A stretch of DNA of 45,046 nucleotides, from NCBI GenBank assembly GCA_946545145.1, contig CAMNNG010000001.1, positions 1 to 45,046 on the forward strand, written 5' to 3'. Origin of the DNA: an uncultured Bacillota bacterium. Its GTDB lineage: Bacteria; Bacillota; Clostridia; Peptostreptococcales; Anaerovoracaceae. The notes beneath the pieces were generated by a model. That model was not told the DNA's origin, did no database searches, and worked only from the letters and a program-made list of their open reading frames with translations. Positions 36,280-45,046 of this stretch are shown here, piece by piece. The position numbers and the translations under genes are program-made. Positions within the stretch are counted from its first letter, which is position 1, and each line of letters begins with the position of its first letter.

Positions 36280-38040
36280 ATGTACAAAGCACTTTACAGA
36301 GCGTACCGCCCGGAAGTCTTCAGCGACATGCTCGGGCAGGAGCATATAGTAAAGATACTTCAGAATCAGATAGCGGCGGGCAGTGTCAATCATGCCTACC
36401 TTTTTTGCGGTACGAGAGGGACCGGAAAGACGACGGTCGCAAGGCTCGTAGCCAAGGCCGTGAACTGCACATCCGAGGGCGAAAGACCGTGCGGAGTCTG
36501 CGATGCATGCAGAAGGGTGCAGCAGGGAAGCTTCATGGACCTCATAGAGATAGACGCCGCTTCGAACAACGGTATCGAAAATATCAGAGAGCTCAGGGAG
36601 AGCGTCAAGTATCCGCCTGTCGAGGGCAGGATGAAGGTGTACATCATAGACGAGGTGCACATGCTTACTCAGGGCGCGTTCAACGCCCTGCTCAAGACGC
36701 TTGAGGAGCCGCCCGAAAACGTTATCTTCATCCTCTGCACGACGGAGCCCGAGAGGCTTCCGGCGACTATCCTTTCGAGATGCCTCAGGATGGACTTCAG
36801 AAGAGTCCCGGAGGATCTTCTCGCGGACAGAGTCAGGAAGATCTGCATCGAGAGGGGAGTCATGCTCGAGGAGAGCGCGGTGAGGATCATCGTGGCAGGA
36901 GCCGACGGATCGGCAAGAGACTGCCTGACGCTTCTCGACAGATGCATATCCGGAAGGAAGGGCAACGTTTCGAGAGATGACGTTCTCGAGTCGCTTGGAA
37001 CTGTAGGTGAAGAGGTATATACAGACCTGACGCAGCGTATACTCGACAACGATGTATCCGGAGGACTCGTCCTGATCGACCAGCTTCTGCAGGGCGGCAA
37101 GGACCCGAGGCAGATCCTTCAGGGATGGATGGCGCACTTCAGGAATCTTCTGATGACGAAGTACGTATCGAATCCGGAAAACGTTCTGTCTATGTCGGTA
37201 GAAAATATTGAGAGGATATCGAGGCAGGCCGAGCTGACACCGCTGACGGCGATCGAAAGAGCGATCATCGACATGGCGAAGACGGCGAGCGACATCAAGG
37301 TGTCGAACCAGCCGAGGATCCTTCTCGAGATGTGCTTCGTAAGGCTTGCGACGACTTCCGAGGACGGAAGGGTCATCAACGTGCAGAGCCGCGGAAGAAG
37401 AGCGGCCCAGAGGCCGGCCCCCGCGCAGAGAGCAGCGCAGCCCGCTCCGCAGCAGACTGAGATGTACCAGTCTCAGCAGATGGCGCAGCCGGTGCAGCCG
37501 GAGATCCCGGTCCAGCAGCCTCAGCAGCAGGTGCAGCAGCCGGCAATGCAGCAGGCACAGCCGATGCCGCAGCAGCCGGTGCAGGCTCAGCCGTATGAGG
37601 AGCCTCAGGCAGGCCCCGCAGCAGACGCATCATACGGACAGCCCGAGCCGTCGTACTCACCTGAGGACATGTACGATCCGCAGCCGGGCTATGACGCTTC
37701 GGACGAATATGACGAACGCCAGCTGATGATGGATATGTGGGCTGACATCCTCGAGGACGGCGAAAGCCAGACAGATACGTTCACTATAGTCAGCACGGGC
37801 GCCGTTCCGATCAAGATGAACGACGACGAGATCGTGCTCAAAGTAACGGGCCTCGCAGGAAGATACCTTGAGAAGAACAGAGCTCCGATGGAGGCTCTCA
37901 TAGAGAAATACGCCGGATCGCATCTGGATATGATCCTGAGGCGCGACGACGAAGGAATGAAGAAAGAAGACGTTTACAGCGCGGCATCGAAGCTGAGCGA
38001 CATGCTCGGCACGAATGTCGAAGTGAAAGAACGCAGATAA
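36280..38040 (+). CDS. dnaX: DNA polymerase III subunits gamma/tau
   Basis: MYKALYRAYRP start, Walker A GTRGTGKTT, IIDEVHML and zinc module CGVCDACRRV. GGAG lies 8 nt before ATG 36280; the track start at 36208 lies inside the SRP RNA. Confidence 0.93.
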   Translation: MYKALYRAYRPEVFSDMLGQEHIVKILQNQIAAGSVNHAYLFCGTRGTGKTTVARLVAKAVNCTSEGERPCGVCDACRRVQQGSFMDLIEIDAASNNGIENIRELRESVKYPPVEGRMKVYIIDEVHMLTQGAFNALLKTLEEPPENVIFILCTTEPERLPATILSRCLRMDFRRVPEDLLADRVRKICIERGVMLEESAVRIIVAGADGSARDCLTLLDRCISGRKGNVSRDDVLESLGTVGEEVYTDLTQRILDNDVSGGLVLIDQLLQGGKDPRQILQGWMAHFRNLLMTKYVSNPENVLSMSVENIERISRQAELTPLTAIERAIIDMAKTASDIKVSNQPRILLEMCFVRLATTSEDGRVINVQSRGRRAAQRPAPAQRAAQPAPQQTEMYQSQQMAQPVQPEIPVQQPQQQVQQPAMQQAQPMPQQPVQAQPYEEPQAGPAADASYGQPEPSYSPEDMYDPQPGYDASDEYDERQLMMDMWADILEDGESQTDTFTIVSTGAVPIKMNDDEIVLKVTGLAGRYLEKNRAPMEALIEKYAGSHLDMILRRDDEGMKKEDVYSAASKLSDMLGTNVEVKERR

Positions 38041-38057
38041 TACACCAGGAGGAAGAT

Positions 38058-38414
38058 ATGGGAAGAGGAATGAAAGCAGGAAAAAGAGCAAAGCAGGGCA
38101 ACGCTTCGCAGAGACAGCAGATGGCTCAGATGCAGGCTCTTCAGCAGCAGATGGAGCAGGTCCAGGCTGAGATCGACAAGATGGAGACATCAGCTTCTTC
38201 GGGCGGCGGCGCAGTGGAAGTCCGCGTCAACGGCAAGAAGGAGATCCTTGACATCAAGCTCCAGCCTGAAGTCGTCGATCCGGACGATATCGAAATGCTC
38301 CAGGATCTCATCATGACGGCTGTCAATGAGGCGCTTCGTCAGATGGAGGAGATCTCCCAGAATGAGATGAACAAGTTCACGGGCGGCCTCGGACTTCCGG
38401 AAGGAATGTTCTAA
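38058..38414 (+). CDS. ybaB: YbaB/EbfC-family nucleoid-associated protein
   Basis: 118 aa with a Q-rich N-terminus followed by the [20 protein letters not shown] core. Conserved dnaX-ybaB-recR order. Confidence 0.9.
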   Translation: MGRGMKAGKRAKQGNASQRQQMAQMQALQQQMEQVQAEIDKMETSASSGGGAVEVRVNGKKEILDIKLQPEVVDPDDIEMLQDLIMTAVNEALRQMEEISQNEMNKFTGGLGLPEGMF

Positions 38415-39013
38415 TGGCTCAGTATGCGAAACCGCTGAACAGACTGATAAACGAGCTCGGCAAGCTCCCGGGCATCGGAGGCAAGACCGCGCAGCGTCTT
38501 GCTTTTCACATATTGTCGATGCCTGAAGGTGAGGCCGAGTCGATCGCCGAGTCCATCACATACGCGAGACGGAACATGAAGTACTGCTCCGTCTGCGGCA
38601 ATCTGACGGACTCAGATCCGTGCTCGATCTGCACTGACCAGAGCAGAGAGCGCGATGTGATCTGCGTCGTGGAAGATCCAAGAGACGTCCTTGCGATGGA
38701 AAGGATCAAGGACTTCCACGGTCTTTACCATGTCCTTCACGGCGCCATCAGTCCGATGGAGGGCATCGGCCCCGATGATATCAATCTCAGGTCGCTTATC
38801 GTAAGGCTACAGGAGAACGATGTCAAGGAGGTCATCCTGGCCACGAACCCGAACATCGAGGGCGAGGCCACTGCGATGTATATAGCGAAACTTATCAAGC
38901 CGTCAGGCATAGAAGTGAGCAGGATAGCTCACGGCATCCCGGTCGGAGGCGATCTCGAGTATGCCGATGAGATGACCCTGTTCAAGGCAATGGAAGGAAG
39001 AAGAAAGCTCTGA
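38414..39013 (+). CDS. recR: Recombination protein RecR
   Basis: HhH ([15 protein letters not shown]), C4 zinc finger CSVCGN...CSIC and a Toprim domain, in a 199-aa protein. Confidence 0.95.
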   Translation: MAQYAKPLNRLINELGKLPGIGGKTAQRLAFHILSMPEGEAESIAESITYARRNMKYCSVCGNLTDSDPCSICTDQSRERDVICVVEDPRDVLAMERIKDFHGLYHVLHGAISPMEGIGPDDINLRSLIVRLQENDVKEVILATNPNIEGEATAMYIAKLIKPSGIEVSRIAHGIPVGGDLEYADEMTLFKAMEGRRKL

Positions 39014-39014
39014 T

Positions 39015-40379
39015 ATGAACGCTGAACAAAAACACACGCTGATCGCCTGCATGACGACAGCGTTTATTACTACCTTCATGGGAAGCTCGCTGAATCTGGC
39101 GATCCCGAATATCGAAGCGCACTTCGGTGTGGGCGCGTCCGTAGTCGGATGGGTCGTCACCGCATATATGCTGGCGGTCTCATCGCTGAACGTGCCGCTC
39201 GGCAAGATCGCTGACCTGACCGGCAGGAGAAGGATGTTCATCTTCGCCATAGGCGTGTTCGGCGTAGGAAGCTTTATCGCAGCCTTCTCAGTAAGCATAT
39301 GGATGCTGCTCGCGATGAGGCTCCTGCAGGGATTCGCAGGCGCTATGATATTCTCGACGAACAACGCCATCCTGATGAGCGCTTTTCCGGACAGTCAGAG
39401 GGGAAGCGTGCTGGGAAAGAGCACTGCCGCGACCTACATCGGTCTTTCGACCGGACCTGTCATAGGCGGTCTCCTCAACGGATATCTCGGATGGAGATCG
39501 ATATTCATAGCCTCAGCCGTCGTATCAGCTGCAGCTTTTACGATAGCGGTTAAGGGGCTTCCAAAGAAGGCCGAGGGAGGACCGCTCGAGCATTTCGACT
39601 CACGCGGCTCGGCTCTCTACTTCGCGATGGTAATAATGGTCCTCATTGGACTGACGGATCTTTCGATAGCCGGATGGGCGAGGTACGTCCTTATAGCAGG
39701 TCTTGCGCTCTTAGTGCTGTTCGTGATCACTGAGAAGCGCGCAGAGGATCCGGTCATACGCATAGAGATGTTCACGGAGGACAGGCCGTTCCTGTGTTCG
39801 AACCTCGCTGCCTTCCTGAACTACGGCGCGACGTTCACGGTCGGCTACCTTCTCAGCATCTATCTTCAGATGATAATGGGCTTCAGCTCGCAGGCAGCGG
39901 GGCTGCTCCTGATAGTCCAGCCCGCGATGCAGGCTATTTTCAGCCCGTACATGGGAAGGCTTTCCGACAGGATAGCGCCGTACAAGCTGGCGAGCGCCGG
40001 AATGGCCGTCTGTACAGTCGGCCTCGTGCTTCTGTCGAGGCTGCAGGAGGACTCGCCGCTTGCTTACGTGATCGTGATCATGATGATGATGGGATTCGGC
40101 TTCGCGATGTTCTCATCGCCTAACGTCAACGCTATCATGTCGAGGGTGGATCCAAAGGATTTCGGAGTCGCGAACTCGATAGTCGCGACGATGAGGAACA
40201 TGGGCCAGTCGACGAGCATGGCCGTCGTAACGATAGTCATGGGCGTTCTGGTCGGCAACGAAGCCCTCGCGGAGGTGCCCGCATCCCAGCTGATGCATGC
40301 GATACATGTGATATTCGCGATATTCATCGCGATCTGCGCAGCCGGAGTCGTGCTCTCGATGAGCAGAGGAAAGGAATAA
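39015..40379 (+). CDS. MFS transporter (drug:H+ antiporter-like)
   Basis: 454 aa with 12-14 hydrophobic segments and MFS motif A-like GKIADLTGRRRMF. Confidence 0.8.
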   Translation: MNAEQKHTLIACMTTAFITTFMGSSLNLAIPNIEAHFGVGASVVGWVVTAYMLAVSSLNVPLGKIADLTGRRRMFIFAIGVFGVGSFIAAFSVSIWMLLAMRLLQGFAGAMIFSTNNAILMSAFPDSQRGSVLGKSTAATYIGLSTGPVIGGLLNGYLGWRSIFIASAVVSAAAFTIAVKGLPKKAEGGPLEHFDSRGSALYFAMVIMVLIGLTDLSIAGWARYVLIAGLALLVLFVITEKRAEDPVIRIEMFTEDRPFLCSNLAAFLNYGATFTVGYLLSIYLQMIMGFSSQAAGLLLIVQPAMQAIFSPYMGRLSDRIAPYKLASAGMAVCTVGLVLLSRLQEDSPLAYVIVIMMMMGFGFAMFSSPNVNAIMSRVDPKDFGVANSIVATMRNMGQSTSMAVVTIVMGVLVGNEALAEVPASQLMHAIHVIFAIFIAICAAGVVLSMSRGKE

Positions 40380-40385
40380 GCATAT

Positions 40386-41099
40386 ATGAGAAGATTCACT
40401 TCGCCGGGCAGCATAATGCTACTGCTGCTCATGGCATATTACGCGTCGAGGCAGATATTGTCCGATCCGGCAGGATGGTTCATGACGAAGCTTCTGATCC
40501 TTCCGGGCATCGTGATAGGACTCGCTTTCCATGAGTTCGCTCATGCCTTCGTGGCTGAAAGACTTGGCGATCCGACGCCGAGGCTGCAGGGAAGGGTGAC
40601 TCTGAATCCGTTCGCGCACATAGATCCGATCGGCTTCATAGCTCTCCTGTTCGTAGGATTCGGCTGGGGCATCCCGGTCGAGATCGATCCGCGCAGCTTC
40701 AAAAACAGAAGGCGCGACGAGCTGATGGTATCGCTCGCGGGAGTCGTGATGAACCTGCTCCTCGCCATAGTGTTCACCATCATCCTCAAGGTGTTCATCA
40801 CTGCGACAGGCGCATGGCCTTCGATGGATTCAATGGTCGGAATGGCAGGCGAGATCATATTCTACGTCATCTGGATCAACCTTGTCCTGATGGTGTTCAA
40901 CCTGCTCCCCATACCGCCGCTCGACGGTTTCAATGTAGTGACCGAGCTGTTCGATCTGAGAAAGCACGACTGGTGGTACACTGTCTACAACAACGGTTTC
41001 ATCATCCTGCTCGTCCTGATAGCGCTGGACTTCACCGACAGGATCATGAACCCGATACTGGACTTTTTCTGGAACATACTCGTTTCGGTCATAATCTGA
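40386..41099 (+). CDS. Site-2 protease family (peptidase M50) membrane metalloprotease
   Basis: HEFAHAF (HExxH) within a TM helix and a distal NLLPIPPLDG motif, in a 237-aa protein. Confidence 0.85.
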   Translation: MRRFTSPGSIMLLLLMAYYASRQILSDPAGWFMTKLLILPGIVIGLAFHEFAHAFVAERLGDPTPRLQGRVTLNPFAHIDPIGFIALLFVGFGWGIPVEIDPRSFKNRRRDELMVSLAGVVMNLLLAIVFTIILKVFITATGAWPSMDSMVGMAGEIIFYVIWINLVLMVFNLLPIPPLDGFNVVTELFDLRKHDWWYTVYNNGFIILLVLIALDFTDRIMNPILDFFWNILVSVII

Positions 41100-41170
41100 C
41101 CGCCTGCTTCACCGGAGCGGGCTCTGAGCTTGAAGATAAGGTGTTCTGATGTGAAACTTTTGTGAAAAAA

Positions 41171-41203
41171 ACCCGGCTGTCACATTTTCGCTGGCAGCCG
41201 GGT
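41171..41203. terminator. Strong hairpin between the M50 and amidase genes; terminator-like, with the better T-run on the minus strand
   Basis: Stem ACCCGGCTGTCA / TGGCAGCCGGGT (12 bp including one G-T pair). A7 lies upstream on the plus strand (T7 on the minus strand). TGcTATACT (41203-41211) follows on the plus strand. Confidence 0.5.
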
Positions 41204-41282
41204 GCTATACTTTGTATCCCGAAGAGGGGCAGCCCGAAAGAGGGTATTGGAAGAGAAAAATCAAGAGAAGGAAGAGTTTGAA

Positions 41283-42668
41283 ATGGAAAAAAGGAAGAGT
41301 GCAAAACAGATAACGGCCCTGCTGCTGATCGTTTGCCTGGCCTTCACGATGAGCTTCGGCACAGTAAGCGCCCTGGCAGGCGATGGCGGAAACGGTACGG
41401 CTGTTACGGACGATCAGACAGGCGGCACAGGTGATAACACAGAGCCCAGTGAAGGCGGCGAAGGAACAGAGCCTGGCGAGGGAACAGATGACCCGGCCGA
41501 TGATCCGGCAGAAGAAGAGCATCAGGACTCCATCGTCACCGTTACGAGATCTGATAGAATACTCGAGCACTTCGGCGGCACGGTAACAGGTGTCGGCAAA
41601 GGTCTGACAGAGGGCACTGTAACTATTCCTTACGGCGAGACTAAGGTCTTCAAGATCAGGAAGAATTCCGGATACGCGATCAACAAGGTCATGCTTGACG
41701 GAGAAAACCTTGGCGCCGTGACAGAGGTCACGATCGAAGGAGACGGACAGCCGCACGAGATCAATGTGCACTATTCGAAGAACGGCCTTTTCATCATGCT
41801 CGATGCAGGCCATGCCGGAAAGTACAACAAGGGCATCATCAAGGGATACTGGGAATCCCAGATGACATGGTCGCTTACTAAAAAACTCAAGACTGAACTC
41901 GAAAAATATCCGGGAGTCGTTGTAGGCCTCACCAAGAAGAGTCTCTACGACGATCCGTACATATATGACAGAGGACAGATGGCGAAGGGATACGATCTGT
42001 TCATATCGATCCATTCGAACTGGTCTTCGTCATCGAGAGCGGACTATCCGCTGGCGATAGTATCGTCCAAGTACAAGCCGTCCCTGTACAAGATCGCGCA
42101 GCCGCTAGGAAAGCAGCTCGCTTACAACGTACAGAAAACGATGGGCACAAAGCAGGATCCACAGGTATGGATCAAGCGTCTTTCGACTAACGGTCAGGAC
42201 TGGTACGGCGTCCTCAGAGGATGCGCGTCGGTCAACGTCCCGGGAGTCATCGTAGAGCATTCGTTCCATTCGAACAAGAAGGCCTGCACATGGCTGATGA
42301 AGGATGCGAACAAGAACAAGATGGCCAAGAGCGAAGCTGCTGTCATCGCAAAGTACTACGGATTCTCGCTTGACGGTTCGTTCAGACCGGGCAAGGCGAA
42401 GGTCACCCTGAAGAAGGGCAAGAAGAAGATCAAGGTATCGTGGCAGGCGGTCAAGGGAGCCCGCGGATATGTCATCTACAGATCGACAAAGAAGAATGGA
42501 ACTTTCAAGAAAGTCAAGGTCGTGAAGGGTCCGTCGGCAAGATATTGGAAAAATACCCGCCTCAAATCGAAGAAAATGTATTATTATAAAGTTAGAGCAT
42601 ATTCTGTCGTGAACGGAAAGAATGTGTATGGTTCTTATTCGAAAGTGAAAGGCATCAAGACCAAGTAG
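41283..42668 (+). CDS. Secreted N-acetylmuramoyl-L-alanine amidase (Amidase_3) with extra N- and C-terminal domains
   Basis: Signal peptide ending SALA/GD and an acidic G/T/E/D-rich linker. The Amidase_3 core includes LDAGHAG, ISIHSNW and VEHSFHSN. The basic C-terminal repeat-like domain looks Fn3-like. ATG 41283 is preferred over the track start at 41202. Confidence 0.8.
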   Translation: MEKRKSAKQITALLLIVCLAFTMSFGTVSALAGDGGNGTAVTDDQTGGTGDNTEPSEGGEGTEPGEGTDDPADDPAEEEHQDSIVTVTRSDRILEHFGGTVTGVGKGLTEGTVTIPYGETKVFKIRKNSGYAINKVMLDGENLGAVTEVTIEGDGQPHEINVHYSKNGLFIMLDAGHAGKYNKGIIKGYWESQMTWSLTKKLKTELEKYPGVVVGLTKKSLYDDPYIYDRGQMAKGYDLFISIHSNWSSSSRADYPLAIVSSKYKPSLYKIAQPLGKQLAYNVQKTMGTKQDPQVWIKRLSTNGQDWYGVLRGCASVNVPGVIVEHSFHSNKKACTWLMKDANKNKMAKSEAAVIAKYYGFSLDGSFRPGKAKVTLKKGKKKIKVSWQAVKGARGYVIYRSTKKNGTFKKVKVVKGPSARYWKNTRLKSKKMYYYKVRAYSVVNGKNVYGSYSKVKGIKTK

Positions 42669-42724
42669 CTTACGGATGAGTCCACATAAATCAATTCAAT
42701 ATAATATATGGATCAGTGTGAAGT

Positions 42725-42761
42725 CCGGCATCTCCTCTGGAGGTGCCGGGTTTCCGTTTTT
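42725..42761 (+). terminator. Intrinsic terminator after the amidase gene
   Basis: 11-bp stem CCGGCATCTCC / GGAGGTGCCGG (one G-T pair), 3-nt loop, then GTTTCCGTTTTT. Confidence 0.75.
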
Positions 42762-42800
42762 GTGTCTTTTGCTACAGGCAGGACCGAACAGAAAAATTTG

Positions 42801-42827
42801 TTAGCACTCTTTTGCGTTGAGTGCTAA
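42801..42827. promoter_or_regulatory. CIRCE element (HrcA operator), perfect match
   Basis: TTAGCACTC (42801-42809), N9, GAGTGCTAA (42819-42827), which equals the consensus TTAGCACTC-N9-GAGTGCTAA. Confidence 0.9.
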
Positions 42828-42834
42828 AAAAGTA

Positions 42835-42863
42835 TTGAAATCTGTTTTTCGCAGTTGTACAAT
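42835..42863 (+). promoter_or_regulatory. Candidate sigma-A promoter of clpB
   Basis: TTGAAA (42835-42840), 17-nt spacer, TACAAT (42858-42863). Confidence 0.6.
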
Positions 42864-42876
42864 AGAGCCGTAGGGG

Positions 42877-42901
42877 GATCCGGGGATAGGATCCGGGATA
42901 G
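42877..42901 (+). repeat. Tandem direct repeat GATCCGGG(G)ATAG x2 in the clpB leader
   Basis: GATCCGGGGATAG (42877-42889) is immediately followed by GATCCGGGATAG (42890-42901). Each unit contains a GGATCC palindrome. Confidence 0.6.
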
Positions 42902-42951
42902 AAAAAACAGATCAGGAATAGAAAGGAACATTGACCAAGGGGGTGAAAGCC

Positions 42952-45046
<2,095 letters not shown>

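Noticed and set aside
35521-37137. 538-aa minus-strand ORF spanning the PurM-like gene end, the intergenic region and the dnaX 5' half.
   Set aside because: Both sense genes happen to share the same frame, so the codon-aligned shadow continues across the 210-nt gap. It runs straight through a clearly recognisable SRP RNA and its promoter.
36280-38040. Programmed -1 frameshift site in dnaX.
   Set aside because: I saw no A-AAA-AAG type heptamer or other obvious slippery run within the CDS.

Overview
This window is an ordinary chromosomal segment from a Bacillota (Clostridia-like) genome, and almost everything in it is housekeeping. I call 39 protein genes, one tRNA and one SRP RNA.

Gene content, left to right:
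- Divergent serA / serC-dac-uvrC-DUF1292.
- A stand-alone tRNA-Leu(CAG), then aspartate kinase and radA.
- A minus-strand OmpR-type two-component pair.
- A tightly packed CYTH-tig-clpP-clpX-lon-engB-hpt operon.
- Minus-strand L-serine dehydratase sdaAB/sdaAA, then an orphan ornithine carbamoyltransferase.
- carD-yacL(PIN/TRAM)-ispF-proS, then a ChrA pair, Nudix hydrolase and cyclophilin.
- A beta-CASP MBL nuclease and an EamA transporter.
- pcrA-ligA plus a PurM-like protein, then SRP RNA-dnaX-ybaB-recR.
- MFS transporter, M50 protease and a secreted MurNAc-L-Ala amidase.
- A 3'-truncated clpB. The ORF track omits it because it runs off the window end.

I see no mobile element, CRISPR array, prophage, toxin-antitoxin pair or defence island. 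I cannot honestly nominate a novel multi-gene system here.

The signals worth a second look are regulatory:
- A perfect 15-bp inverted repeat forms two mirrored, overlapping divergent promoters for serA and serC.
- An Arg-codon-rich upstream ORF sits in a GC-rich hairpin in the argF leader.
- An anti-SD hairpin lies in front of sdaAB.
- A perfect CIRCE element precedes clpB in an unusual position, followed by a tandem repeat in the clpB leader.
- TCACAAAT repeats occur in the two-component/CYTH divergent region.

The many very long antisense ORFs in the track (up to 579 aa opposite proS) are codon-aligned shadow frames. They arise because sense genes avoid TTA/CTA/TCA codons, and they are not genes.
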